From Octopus bimaculoides (lineage: Eukaryota): a DNA stretch of 64,000 nt. Every line of letters begins with the position of its first letter. Position 1 is the first letter of the stretch. The notes beneath the pieces were generated by a model. That model ran no database searches. It was not told the origin of the DNA and was given only the letters and a program-made list of their open reading frames with translations. The position numbers were made by a program, and so were the translations under genes. Shown here piece by piece: positions 13,574 to 28,900 of the stretch. Where the stretch lies: positions 86,528,751 to 86,592,750 of the forward strand of contig NC_068981.1 in assembly GCF_001194135.2 (NCBI RefSeq). Reading direction: 5' to 3'.

Positions 13574-14070
13574 CATCATCATCGTTTGACGTCCGTTTTC
13601 CGTGCTGGCATGGGTTGGACGATTTGACTGAGGACTGGTGAACCAGATGGCTACACCAGGCTCCTATCTGATCTGGCAATGTTTCTACANNNNNNNNNNT
13701 CCTATCTGATCTGGCAATGTTTCTACAGCTTGATGCCCTTCCTAACGCCAACCACTCTGAGAGTGTAGTGGGTGATTTTTACATGCCACTGGCACAGAAA
13801 CCAGTCAGGCAGGCTTGGCATCGATCACGTTTGGATAGTGCTTTTTACGAGCGACCAGCATGGGGGCCAGTCAGTGGGTATTGGCATCGGCCATGTTTGG
13901 ATGGTGCTTTTTACGTGCCAAGGACATGGGAGTCAGTCAGGCGGACCTGGCATCGACCCCATTTGGATGGTATTTTTTACATGCCACTGGCACAGGAGCC
14001 AGTTAGGGGGAACTGACCACAGCTACGATATTGGTTTTACTTGACTCAACAGGTCTTCTCAAGCATATCC
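13574..14070 (-). mobile_element. RTE-type LINE 3' UTR/tail copy with internal ~60-bp tandem repeats
   Basis: (cat)n then cgtttgacgtccgttttccgtgctggcatgggttggac, then repeated ttttacgtgccactggcac...ggcatcgaccacgtttggatgg units. Same family as 15250, 16292 and 53544. Confidence 0.75.
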
Positions 14071-15249
14071 CCACAATATATATATATATACACACACACA
14101 TATATCTATATATACATATACACATTTGGGTATATATAAATATATATATACATTTATTTATATATTTACATATACATACACACACATCATCATTGTCTTC
14201 ATTTACCATCTGTTTTTCATGTTGGCAGGCATGGACAGGAGGTGATCAAGTCAGAACACTGCACCATGCTCTACTGTTTACTTTGGTATGGTATCTAAAG
14301 CTAGATGTCCTTCCTAATGCCAACATACATACATACATATGAATACATTTATATATGCACACACACACACATATACATATATGTACACACATATATATAT
14401 GTATATGCATACATTTAGATATTCCTGATATATAAATTTTTCTAGATACTCTTAGATCTATTTATCAAATAAGGTACCTCATGAAAACATCATTTACGCT
14501 TTGATCTGGACTTCTTGTATCATATTTATATTCTAATTACATCCTATTTCTTAATTCATATTTTTCAAAATCTTATTTGGCACAATATTCTATTTTCATC
14601 ATTCTTTTATTTCTTGCCTTCACTTTATCTTATCTTACCTTTCTTTATATATTTTTATTTTGTTACAAGGTGGATCATTACACCAATGAAAACGCACACA
14701 CTATTTCAATTTCAGTTTGTTTTTTTTTTTATCATTCATCAATTGGTTAGCCACTTGAATATTTAACCAGCTAATTAACTGATCAATGATTCAATTAATC
14801 AAACAATTAATTATTTAGTTAAATAGCTCATCAATGCACAAATAATAAAATGAAATCAAACTAGTATGTATTTATTATTGTATCTTCTGAAAAACAAAAT
14901 ATGCTTCAATACTCAAGTTCATATCAAAAATCTTTCAAACTGAATACATTTTTTTTTATTTAACTCACTTTATTATATTTCTTGCTATAATTTATGTTGA
15001 ATTTTTTATTCACAAGCCTGGTTATTCTACACATAATACTAGACAGAACACTTATATTAAGACTATTTGCATTTCTATTCCCTGTTTTCAATATACCCAC
15101 CATTCAACTGTATTATGATTGATATAGATATCAGAAAGCTTACATGAGTGTGTAATGCGTACATTTGGCCTGAGAGTTTATGTATGTATGCCAACATTTG
15201 TCTAAGTGCATCTTAGTAAGTATGTGATGTATATGCATATGTGTGTGTG

Positions 15250-15618
15250 TCATCATCATCATCATTATCGTTTAACGTCCGCTTTCCAAGCTGGCATGGG
15301 TTGGACGGTTTGACTGAGGATTGGTGAGCTAGATGGCTGCACCAGGCTCCAATCTGCTCTGGCAGAGTTTCTACAGCTGGATGCCCTTCTTAATGCCAAC
15401 CACTCCGAGAGTGTAGTGGGTGCTTTTATGTGCCACCAGCACGAGGGCCAGTCAGATGGTACTGGCAATGGCCATGCTCAAATGGTGTTTTTTATGTGCC
15501 ACCTGCACAGGAGCCAGTCCAGCTGCACTGGCAATGATCTTGCTTGAATGTTGTTTTTCACGTGCCAGTAAGGCGACGCTGGTAATGATCACGCTCGAAT
15601 GGTACTTTTTATGTGCCA
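15250..15618 (-). mobile_element. RTE-type LINE 3' UTR/tail copy
   Basis: Colinear with the 13574-14070 and 53544-54050 copies. Confidence 0.75.
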
Positions 15619-16291
15619 TATATATATATATATATGGAAAAGTCTTGCCATTTGTTTGATTTCAAGTGCGTAACATAATGCAATAAAATATTCCTCTTAA
15701 CTGTGGTGGTTCAATATCTAATTGCACCCAGAATGCTTATGGCAGAGAATGCAAAATAACCACAAGGATATGAAATGTACATAAGGAACATGTGATATAA
15801 TCTGCATCATGTGTTTATCATTATTTTCCCATATATATATATATATATTATTTTTTCCCTTCCTTCTTTTACTATTCTTAGGAACAGAGGTTTATAGCCT
15901 ATTTTAATATTTATTTTCTTATTTATGTATATTCCCTCATTCACACACTCTCTTGTATCACATTATCCTTCCCTACTTACCTTTTTCTCTTTACCTTCTC
16001 TCACTCATTCTTTGCTTTTAGTGGCTTTTCTTCAACTATATGAACAACCACAACATATAGGGCCAATTCTTTATTTACTTTCATATTTTGAAATGTAAAC
16101 TGAAGATAGTATTATGTAATAATTATCTTATTTAACTACTGGAAATGTGTGTGCTAAATTTATGCATATTATCAACATTTTGCATTGTAACTATTCTAAG
16201 AGACCAATAAAATAAGTACAGATCTAAAAATAAGTACTGGGGTCAATTTGTTTGACTAAACAAGTGAAAGATAAAATATATATGTGCATAT

Positions 16292-16780
16292 ATCATCATC
16301 ATCATTTAATGTCTGTTTTCCATGCTGGCATGGATTGGAAGGTTTGATAAGAGCTGGCCAGCCAGGAAGCTGTCCAGACTACAATTGTCTGTTGTGGCAT
16401 GGTTTCTATGGCTGGATGCCATTCCTAAGGTCAACCCTTTTGCAGAGTGTATTGAGTGTGTTTTATGTGCCATTAGCATGGGTGCTTTTACACAGCACTG
16501 GTACAAGTGCATTTTACATGGCACTGGCAACCTGTAAAGGACAAGAATGTATGTATGGATGATCACGATTTTACTAAGCATGACACATCTTCTCAATTAC
16601 AGTAAATTTCCACAACGCCTGATCCCTTGTCATTTTCTCAATGAGGCCCAGTGTCTAAAGACCCTTTCTCACCACTTTGTCCCACATCTTCCTGGGTCTA
16701 CCTCTTCCACAGGTTCCCTCCACAGTTAGAGCTCAGCACTTCTTTATGCAGTTTTCCTCATCCATATGCATCACATGACC
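16292..16780 (-). mobile_element. RTE LINE 3' end including the ORF C-terminus
   Basis: Minus strand 16780-16580 reads GHVMHMDEENCIKKC*ALTVEGTCGRGRPRKMWDKVV...MTRDQALW, the RTE C-terminal GRGRP/W motif. It runs into the shared 3' UTR and (GAT)n tail, which assigns that tail family to RTE. Confidence 0.8.
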
Positions 16781-17622
16781 AATATATAATCTAACCATAA
16801 ATACATGAATATATATACACATATGTACCTGTACATATATATATATACATATAAACACACACATATATACACACATACATATATATATATATATATTCAT
16901 AGATTTGTTATGTCATGCTTTGTATTAAAAATAAGCTATAAATGTGGTCCAGTTGATGGTTGTTAAGCTGAGGTTTTCTCCATTTTCTGATTATTTGTAT
17001 ATATCCATATATATACATACACATACATGTATATATTTATACACACACACACACATATATGTATATATACACATATGTGTTTATATATATAATTTTGTTT
17101 TATATTTTAATGATCCATGCTTGCAGGGATTAGATAGAATTTAATTTGTTGAGGCAGATTTTCTACTGCTGGATGCACTTCCACTCCCCAACACTCACCT
17201 GTTTCTAAATGAGGAAATATTTTCCTTTGGCTGGACATGTTTTCATGGAAGATAGGAAACCACCATCACTTGTTTGACAGTGATGCTGCATGTTACGAAT
17301 AATTCATGACAAGGGGATACAAAAATACACACACACAACTAAACCTACACACAAGACTTTATTTAGGTCGGGGCTACAGTGGAAGAGACAGGCTGAAAGA
17401 GTGGAACTGAGCCTGAAACCACATGGTCAGGAAGTGACCTGCTTAACCACTCATCCAGCATACACTTGAACATTTAGTTGTGTAAAACAAATGGGGGAAG
17501 AGTGCTCAACACATGAATGTTTAGTGTGTTTCTCTCACGACTCATGTTTCAATAATCTATATACAAGCTATATATGTATATGTGTCTATATATATATATA
17601 TATATATATACACATACATATA

Positions 17623-17846
17623 TTAAATAACACTGGCATGGAACACTTAGATTCAGAATTCTGAGTTTCTTGACAGCAATCTATTCAATATTCATTATTG
17701 TTTGTCAGCTGTCGCAAGTATGTTTAAAACAGGAGAAAAACTGCATTAGTATGCTTGCAACAGCTGGTGAACAATAGGGAGTAGTGAATATATCACTGAG
17801 AAACTCAGAGTTTTGAATGGAAGTATTCCATGCCTGTGCTATTTAA
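17623..17846. mobile_element. Degenerate fold-back element (MITE-like), ~95-bp imperfect arms
   Basis: ttaaataacactggcatggaacactt...ctgagtttct pairs with agaaactcagag...aagtattccatgcctgtgctatttaa. Confidence 0.7.
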
Positions 17847-17925
17847 CAGATGATTTAATCTTCTATTTCCAGCAATACTGAAACTTACTTCTTTTATTGT
17901 TACACACATACGTATTCATACATAC

Positions 17926-17998
<73 letters not shown>

Positions 17999-18077
17999 CA
18001 CACACACATGTATACATACATATACACACACGTATATACATACATACACACACACACATTATTCAATGAAATTCCAG

Positions 18078-18343
18078 CTTAGTTTGATTTTCACGTTTTA
18101 TTATTTGCAATTTTTACAATTTCCCAATATTGAAATAAACTAGTGCTTTCATGTGTTATGCAATCATCAGGTTTACGTAGTGACAGTTGCGTTCCACAAT
18201 TGACAGTTGTCAAGTGCAGAACATGACTGTCACCACATAAATCTGATGATTCCATAATGCGAGAAAGTACTAGTTTATTTCAATATTTTAAAATTATAAA
18301 ATTGTAAAAATCACACATAATAAAATGTCAAAATCAGACTAAG
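18078..18343. mobile_element. Degenerate fold-back element (MITE-like), ~125-bp imperfect arms
   Basis: cttagtttgatttt...aatattgaaataaactagt pairs with actagttttatttcaatatt...aaaatcagactaag. Centre ttgacagttgtcaa. Confidence 0.7.
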
Positions 18344-18844
18344 TTCTTTTTTACTGAGAAAATATTTTTCATTCTTTTTTTACTGAGAATATATCATTTT
18401 TCAAAGTATATTAAAGACACAACTATATTTGAGCATGATTGTTTTTTTATTACGCATGTTTTATATTTCCTTATTAGTTTCCTATGTTTAAAATGGAATA
18501 ACAACTTCCTTTGATCTGTTAGTGCAGTCAAACTTCTAACCTCCACAGTCCTGCCTTTGAATTATAGTTTTGGCAAAAGTGCCGTGTTGCTGTTAGCTAT
18601 GCAGTGAATTCCATTATCTCATGGGGACTCTATTTTAGCTGATAAAATCATCAATAGCAGATTTAAAAATTATATTTATTTAAAGTTTTGTTAGATCTTA
18701 TGATTTATTTTATGTATGTTGTACCTGTGTTTGCATACATTTATATTTTGTAATTCATTCTCATTTTTTATCAAATTGCATGTGAAATGGTGGTGTTGCT
18801 AAATAGTGTTTTATATTTGTGCATGCATGCGTGTGTGTTTATAT

Positions 18845-19612
<768 letters not shown>

Positions 19613-20956
19613 TGGCAGATATTAGGTGAGTATATGAGTATATATATAACTGAAGCATTGTTGTCCAGACAGATATTGTCCTTGTTGCTAATGCTTACCT
19701 GCTTTTCATGTAAGGGATTTTCATTCCACTTTGCCTTCAAAAGCACAGAGTCAGCAGAAAATTTGTTGACTGGGAAATGACAACAACTTTCACTGTTTAT
19801 ACGTCACTGGTTTTTACATGTGAAGTGTGTAGAATGTGAATATTTACACAGACATATATGCATACGAACACACACACACACACATATATGTATATATACA
19901 TGGTAGGCATTGTAGTTTTCATCTTCCAAATTCACTTCTAAGACATTTATCTACTTAGGATTACAGAGGATCTCACTTGACAAAGATATTATGCAATAAG
20001 ACTGAACCACATGGTTAACACATACATATACATATGCATACATACATAAATGTATATGATACTCTGTGTTTATGTTGAAGTAACTTTAAGAAAACAGAAC
20101 ATTTACTGAAAGCTCAATACTGAAAGTAGAGCAAAATTTACCACAAGATTTGCTTTGTCTGGGTTTTATTCAACCAATAAAGAAAATTTTCATTCCAATA
20201 TTTATATAAGAAAGAGGATGAAAAGCTTCTTTAAATAGGAGGAACATTGCTCAGGTGGTGAACTACAATAGTTGATATTCCAAGTAGGAGATTTTATTTT
20301 ATGGATAGTAGAAATTGATAAAAAAGTTCAAATGTCAGATAATCAACTTCAGAGATAAGTGAAGGTAAGACAGAAGGAAGTAAGAAATGATAAAGAAAGA
20401 ATAAAGAAAAAAAGAGAATGACATAGAGGCAATAAAGTTCAACAACCATTCAAGTGTGAAACAGGAATGCTAAGGAATTAGATCTATGGAAATAAACTAG
20501 TTAAACTATAAGGCTGGAAACATTTTATATAAAGAAGCTTGTCATCTTTCTCTACAGAAACATCGGGAAGAAAAAAAAATTCAGTTTGAATAACTGTCAA
20601 GCAAAATTTACAGTCCCAGACATAACAAACTCCATAATATATATTTACATAAATATTGATGCATACATGCACACATACATACATCTATGTATATATTGTA
20701 TACACAATCACACATGTGTGTGTGTGAGAATATATACACAATTATGTATATTTATATCTATCTATCTCTCTATATATATGCAGATACATATCCATTTCTA
20801 TCTATCTAGATTTAATAACAGTTTGGCTCAGCTCCATGTTATTTAAAATTTTGTTGGTGAAGAACATGTCCACATCATCAGATGTATAGAGATTTAGATA
20901 TGTACATATATAGACACACATATGCATACATAAATCTTTCTATCAAACTATCTGTT

Positions 20957-21076
<120 letters not shown>

Positions 21077-23048
21077 GAGACAATCATTGTTATAGTATAT
21101 CTACATTTCATGCTTGCGTGGATTGACAGGTCAACTGTTGCACAGTGATCATTATTAGCACTTGTTACTTATCTCCTTAAATAAGCTTCAATCTCTTGAG
21201 ATCAGTTTTCATCACATCCCATGTTTTCCTCTTCTGCATGATCCTTTTGCTGTATTAGCATTTCTTCACTTATATCTCTACATGCATCACATTTCTGTAC
21301 CATCACAATACTTTTGATTCCTTCTTTACACAATCTATTTCTCAGCATAATTTGTGTTCTGTTTCTTATGGCATAAGCCTTACATATCCATGAAAGCGTA
21401 ATTACTTCATTGCCTTGTAGTCCTCCATAATCAGTCCTCATGTTTTGCTAACAAGCAACAATACATTTTTTTACGCAAGCATATGCCATTCACCGGGAGA
21501 GAGAATCCTTTTTGTTGCCAGCAGAGGCAATAAATCTCAGAACTATGAACACACAACACAATGAAAGCTGAAATAAATTTCTCAGGAACAAACAAGTATA
21601 AGGGATTTAGAAAGAACTCAATAGAAAAGAAAAAAAAAACCCCAAAAACATTACCTACTTTGTGTAAAGAATTTAGAAAGATCTTGATAGAAAAGCTAAT
21701 TAAATCTAAAATATACTTAAATCTAATCTTTCTTAATCATATTAAAATATATATAGACAGACAGCAAAGTATCTTGGGTTGATGTATGTGTATTTCTAAT
21801 AGAAATACATTGAGGCCAAAAATATACTACTTTCATCACTGGTTGATGAGCATAGGCTGATATTTAAATTGAATATTGTTCAAAATATGTACAGTGTGAA
21901 GAAAGAAAGCTGGAAAAATAAGATGAACCATAAGTGCTTCTTATTCAGTCACAATCTGTTTGTGTTGTTGCTAATATCTTTATAGAGAGAACTCAAATCA
22001 CAAATATTGGCAGTAAAACAAGATCAACCTACATGAGGAGTATGATGAAATTAATGCTGCAATAAAATTCTCAGAATAAAAAGAAATATTTCATGCACAA
22101 AGGAGTTAAAGAAAAAAAGTCTCAAATGTAAATGACATAAAAATATGATTAATAGTCTTGAACTAGTCTTTTTCATGGAGCTCTCTCTAAATACTTTACA
22201 TATGAAATGCTTCTTGTTCTTCAGTACTAATTTTAATGTACTCATTATGTAAGTTGACTTTGACTAGTTTTGCAGTCAATTTTGTGACAACATAAGTTCA
22301 TTCCGTAAAAGGCATCTACAATACAGACTGATTATGAAAAATCAGAAACACTTTTTGTTGATCCTGTTACTTTCAGGTTTCCTCTTCCATACTGAGGATA
22401 TTTTGAACTATATGCAATTTGAGCATCAGTCTGCACTCTGAACTTGATGATGATAGTAGCATATTTCTGATTTTGCCAATATGTTTCTATTAAAAAAGTA
22501 ATGTGCTTAAGGTCTTTTCCTTTTAATACCGGGTTATACATATTTTAATATGTATTACAATGCACCTATTTTAGAGTGCTACTTAGACTTTAGTATAAGA
22601 TATTTAATACAGATAACCAGAAAGGAGACACATACACATTGCACAAGATGCACTATAATTAGTTATAATGAAGCATTATTCACTAAAAGTGCTCAAAAAA
22701 TAATTTATATAATTATGATTTATCAGGAGAGGCAATAAAAAACTATTTAACAAATATATGTATGTATGTTTGTCTGTATGTAAAACACACACATATGCAA
22801 GCACACACACGAATGTGTGTACTGTCATGCAGTCACATATAAAATCTTTGTTACTAGTTTTAATGTTAGTGTGAATAATCCCTATCAATATTGGCATGTA
22901 TGATCATGTTTATACTTCCATTGTGTATTTTTTTTACATTTCAAAGCCCATGTGTCATTGTTCTTGTGTAATTAATATCTATCTGACTTCATATTATGTG
23001 TGTGTGTGTGTATGTGTGTGTGTGTGTGTGTGAATATATCTGTGTAAA

Positions 23049-23083
<35 letters not shown>

Positions 23084-23193
23084 GTACATACATACATTGA
23101 TACACCTCTCCCATATATGTATGTACGCATGTATATATATATATATATATGTATGTATATATAAATGTGTGTGTGTGTATATANNNNNNNNNN

Positions 23194-23235
<42 letters not shown>

Positions 23236-23898
23236 TTTACACAGATATATTCACACACACACACACATATACATACATGTGTATGTATAAAACTGTAAAA
23301 AGCCCTTCACTCTTTTAGCAGAAATATAATATCATCTGTGCCATTTTAACATTGGAGAACTGTGTGTTATGACAATGAATAATGTACAATGTCAGGGTGT
23401 ATATAAAAATTAACAAGTGAGAATTGTATTTTGAAATAAAATAATGGCTTAAATTATCGCCTTAAATATATTTATCATAAGAAAAGCAGAAAAAAAAAAA
23501 GGAGCATTTTTCAAACTTCTTGAGCTGTCAAAAATGAAAGACTAACAAGACACCGGTGTAAATAGTTTGAAAATGTTTACGAACTTATCTACATAGATAA
23601 GAATGTTTTAATATATTTTTAGATAACATTATTAATTTAGTCCTATAATTTTTCAAGCTTCAAACATTGATTTGTTTTATGTATGGTAATTCATAACCTA
23701 ACGTTGAATTTTAATATAATGTGGTCAGCAGTTTCTCTCCATGAATCATTCTTACAATTTCACATGATGGCTTCCACCAACATACACTTTTTTGTTTAGT
23801 TACTACACTTACTTGCTTGCTACATGTGTTTCAAACGATATCATCTGAAGTATATGATATCAAACATTTCATCACAGAAAGAGGCTTAGAGCAAAAAA

Positions 23899-23958
23899 TA
23901 ATAACAATAATAATAATAAATAAATAAATAATAAATAAATGAATAAATAATAATAATG

Positions 23959-24021
<63 letters not shown>
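23899..24021. repeat. (AAT)n microsatellite
   Basis: Seen directly. Confidence 0.9.
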
Positions 24022-24023
<2 letters not shown>

Positions 24024-25678
24024 GTTTTTAAAAATAGAGAAAGAAAAAAAATCAAAAAGCTATTCAAAATAGATTTTGAACTATATTGCACTTTTACAAT
24101 TGATTTATAATGTCAAGATATTTTTGAAATATACAACCAGAGCTCTTATTGTAACATTTAAAACATTGACCATAAGGATCAAATAAAAGATTGAAGAATA
24201 ACATCAGGGATGAAAAACTGGGACTTCAAACAATTCCATTGATAATACTGGAATAAATTTTTTTGCAAAGAATATTTAACAGTTAAAATGTTAAGCTTTG
24301 TGTAGTATTTTATGTCGTAAAAATCCTGCTTTCACAATTTGTTCACCGGTTGAACATTTGAATAAAACATAAGATTATAAGTTAAGGGGGGTTTTTTTTG
24401 TCTTTTTTTTTTCATATTCAATGGAATGGAAGTCACTTAATTAAGGGTAAAAGTATTTACAGATTTCTTTTTAATGTTAATATTTTTTTTATGTTAATTA
24501 TTTTTCTAATTAAAAAAATATCAATTTCTGGAATGGTCTACTGATACATTTTTTTTATGAAATAGTTCAGATAACCTAATCATTTCATATAGAAACTTTC
24601 ATAAAACTTATATATACCATTAGTTGTAAATGAAAAAAAAAATGTCCTCAGCAGAAAATTTTCTTTCTTTAGAGTCACTTTGAATGTTTTTTGTTTTTTT
24701 TTTAAAGTTTTTTTTTTTTTCTGAGATAAGGATTGAAGATAAAAATTTGAAGGGAGAAAAAAAAAATCAATATATAATTTCAAGTAGTCTGCTCCTTCAT
24801 TTTAATAAAGCTATTTCTTTAAAAACGGGGAACACATGCACTTTTGTTTTTATCTTTGAAAAGGAGTGAAAGAAAAATTTCAAAAGAAAAACAGAAAAGA
24901 TCTCGATATATTATTTCCTGTAATGAAATCATGCTTTACTGTAATCAAATTATTACGTAGTTTACTGTAATCAAATTAGGTTTTTTTTTTACCATATGTT
25001 TGAGCAAATGTATTTTTATCAGTCAATAAAAACCCAAGATAAAGTGATTACTTACAATATTGGTTAATCTATTGAACGGTATGTACAGTCATCTATACCT
25101 AATGTCTTACTTCTTTTAAACATTTCATCCTACCCCCATATGTTTTCACAGAAACCTTCAACATTATTTCTTAGTGATTAATTACACAGTATTTCAACCT
25201 TTCATTTATTTTACACCCCGCCCAAACACAAAAAAAAAAAGAAAAAGAAAAGAGACTGTACATTAAATGATTAATGAATTGCCAAACTTTGTTGGCAAAA
25301 CATTTGATGATCATCAACTGAGTTATGATAGTATGAAGAACTGTACAACCGTTAAATGATCTATATACAATTGACAAACTTCAGTTACTTACACACATGT
25401 ACATACTCACATGCTTTTTGTATACACATCAATGAAAAAGGAAAAAAATTGTTAGATTTGTGTTGTTTTTCAGCTGTTATGCTTAGTAATATAGTGTTCG
25501 AAGGATACTGTCTTTTCATTTCTTTCCTTTTCTATTTTCTATTTTCCAACCACCATAATATTTAAGTGTTTATTTCCAATGAAGAGCATGTGCTCTTGAG
25601 TTATCAGGAAATTAAATTCTTCCCTGTTCATGAACTGAGAAATAGCTTGATTACATTTTGTTTAGTACTTTTTGTTTT

Positions 25679-25917
25679 TCAGACAATGCCAAAAAATTCT
25701 TTTACTAAATCAGGAATAAACATTCTGTCCATTTCAAGCTCTAATAGATCCTCAGAATGCTTTAAACTTATAGTACGTAGTTCCGTAATTCGAGAAAGCA
25801 AAATAGCGAAAGAACAGCCCCCATGTGTACGCTTTTGAATTTCATAATCATAAAGTGCATCAACAAATGTTTCTTGGAATTTTTCAACCATTTTTGGATT
25901 TTTTAATCCTGGACGAT
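25679..25917 (-). CDS. EcR: NR1H terminal coding exon: LBD helices 9-12 (AF-2) and stop
   Basis: Acceptor (tttc)n-tAG at 25919-25918. (D)[81 protein letters not shown] at 25681-25679. Confidence 0.93.
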
Positions 25918-25919
25918 CT

Positions 25920-25951
<32 letters not shown>

Positions 25952-28900
25952 AAAGAATAATTCAATCAATAAAAAAACCATTGATAAAAACTGATTATGA
26001 CTTTTAATGAAAAACAGAAAACTATTAATAAAATAGGTTAGAGACAATTGTTGTTTCACCCAGATTAGTCCAAACAGAACAGATCTATGATCAAAAGCAT
26101 TCCAGCAATGACCATTCTCTTTCTATTTTTGCTATTGTGTATTCCGTTTCTATATTCTCCAATGTGTCCATTCTTTTTTAAGATGATAGGGTGCAGTTTG
26201 AGGGAGATTAGATTGTTACTTCTGGAAGACCAAATGATCATACAAATACTCATACACTTGTTGTAGCTATTCATGGTACAGACATATCATGGATAGATGA
26301 AACAATCTGACATACCCGAGACATTGTTCTTCAGAGCATTTTACTCTCTTTACTCTGGAGTATACAACATTTAGAAGAGAAACCTTGTGGTTTATTCAGT
26401 AAACTACAAAACTTCTCTTCTTATAGGGGATCAAAATATTTGAAGTTACTTAAATCTTTAGCATTTAAATTGGCCATACCTGCCAAAATATTCTACCAGT
26501 TTTATGTTCAAATTGGTTAGATCCAGCCTCCTACACCTACCCTACAGTGTTATTCTAAAAATAAATAACCACATCATCAAAATCTCAAAGCTATGAAATA
26601 AAGCATGACTAATTAAAAAAATTCTAACTATTGGGTCATCCCCAAAATAATATGTTTTTTTTATACTTCTTTTATTTTTCAAAGTTAAGATAAACAAAAT
26701 TCTTTTTTTAATCTAAATTACACTCTCCTTCATTCTCTACAATGCTCTTCCATCTATCTAGTAGACTCGCAAAGCCCCTCTTCCAAATTCACTTGTCCGT
26801 GATGAAAAATACTCCTCCAGTACTGTTCTGATGGGGCAATGTCTGGAGAATATGGGGGAAGGGCATCATTTCCCATTCAAACTACTCCAGCCTTTGGAAT
26901 GTCATTGCTGTATGTGGCTGAGCATTATCCTGGTGGAAGAACATTTTTCATCTTGAAACCAAAGATGGTTGTTTTTCTTCTAGCACTGAATTACTAACAG
27001 TATATCTCCTAAGTTATCATTCGGTTTGGGTTTAAAAGTTCAAAGTGAACTAAACCTTTCATATCCCACCAAATAGACAACAACACCTTACATGGGTGAA
27101 GACCTTCTTTAACCTAGGGTGCTGGTGTTTCTCCTTTCCCTAACCACTGTCTTTGGCACTTGACATTCTTATAGGGAACCCATTTCTCAACACCAGTCAC
27201 TATTCAGTCCGAAAAAGGTTCATTCATGAGACATGACAACAAAGAAGAGCACACATTCACTCTCTGCATGCGATTAGTTTGCAAGGAACCCACTGACCCC
27301 ATTTGCTGACTTTTCGGATGGCAAATCCAAGCTTCTCTCCTAGTTTCTCAACAGTTACGATAGGATTTCATTCCACCAGGGTTTTCAGGACGTCCTTGCT
27401 GAGCTCTACAGATCTTCCAGGACAAGGCTTATCTTCTTGGCTGTAGTTTCTGGATCAGAATTTCTGGAACCACTGTTGACACTGGCTTATGCTTATTGTC
27501 CAATTCCCATATACTGCCTTAATATTCCTCACACTTTCCATTGTGTTGTTGTCTTTATTGAATTCATAAAGTAAAATATGCCAAATATACTCATTTATCA
27601 CTTCCACTACAGCTTTGGAAAAAAAACTGTTAAAATCGAACTGCACTCTTCAAAACCTTCTCTAAGAATAAGAACAAGGTAAAATTACTACCTGCTTTTA
27701 TAACAAGTTGATGCGGGTCGTTTATCCTGCCTTCTTCCAACTTTTAATTCATGCAATTGAAAAAACTGCATTATTTATGGGATGACCCAATAAATAAATT
27801 CAACAGAGTAATCTGAATATTAAATGGTTAAAAATACTGATTCAAGAGTAAAGTACACATGGGAAATGCCCATGATCATTGCAGGTTTTCTGAGATAGGT
27901 GGCAAGGAAAGTTATACTCAGACTGGTCTGAATGTTAGCAATAGAATAGGTTTATTGCTATCCAGGATGCAGGAGTGGGAGGAAGGGGCATTTACTCATT
28001 TCCTGCTACGAAACCAGAGTTAGGTACCAACTCTTAAATATTTTCAGATTTCAGGAAGAATTTACCATGCTTCTAGGAAATTATAAGTTCACTTAATTTT
28101 TTTTATTTTTTGAAAAATGTGTGTGTGCACATAGAGGGGAAAAAACAAGGAACTGAAAACATTTATGCTTTAATTCATATTGTAAGTATTTATAGTATTC
28201 AAAAAAATATGCCTTGCACATTTTTGGATGATGTTTATATATTTCAAGAATTCAGCCTTTTAACATATCTGCATTCATGAGGTAAATTATATGGTTTTTC
28301 TAATTGTTTTTATGTTTGAAATAAATGACACTATTTTTGTTTAGACTTATGCTGGATTCATGACAACATACTTTATTTGTTTTTCTCTAGACAATATTTA
28401 ATATTCTTGAGTTAGTAAAAACCACTTGCTTTTATTTTGTAGTATTTGCTCACTTGGACAAGTACAACTCTGAAGTTTTGAAAGCTTTAACCAGGCTACA
28501 AAAACCCAGAGGAATGCTGCTACATGTTTCCTAAAAGAGGATGACTTCACAACAACTTCACTTTACAAAACATTGCATCTCATACAAAATCTATCAGGTC
28601 ATCCCATAAGTTCTGTCTGAATTTTGAATAAAGAAAACAAATGATCAAATGTTATATTTAATTGAAATTTAATCATCAATGTATTTTCCCTGATTATCTA
28701 TGACTTCCTTCCATCTATTTACAAGCTTTTTAATCCCATCAATGTAAAACTCTTGTGGTTTCAAAGTGAAGAACTCTGAAATGTCAGTTTTGACCTCCTC
28801 CTGGCTTGCGAAAGTTATGTCCCACAAATGATTCTGCAAGCTACGAAACAAATGGTAGTCTGAAGGAGCAAGGTTGGGAGAATAAGGTGGATGAGAAATT

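Noticed and set aside
13770-14020. Regular ~60-bp repeats resembling a CRISPR-like or coding repeat array (also 15420-15618 and 53715-53900)
   Set aside because: There are no unique spacers; the units are internal tandem repeats of the RTE 3' UTR family, and the DNA is eukaryotic.
21202-21441. 79-aa minus-strand ORF downstream of the receptor
   Set aside because: No recognisable motif or splice context; probably chance or decayed TE.
26065-26274. Minus-strand ORF close to the last acceptor, considered as an alternative exon
   Set aside because: It overlaps a dispersed repeat (ctatgatcaaa...ccagc.atgacc, also near 30570, 49085 and 58470) and has no LBD similarity.
28594-28603. AGGTCA half-sites within the mariner TIRs as TE-donated receptor sites
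   Set aside because: These are single half-sites with no properly spaced partner, and are expected by chance.
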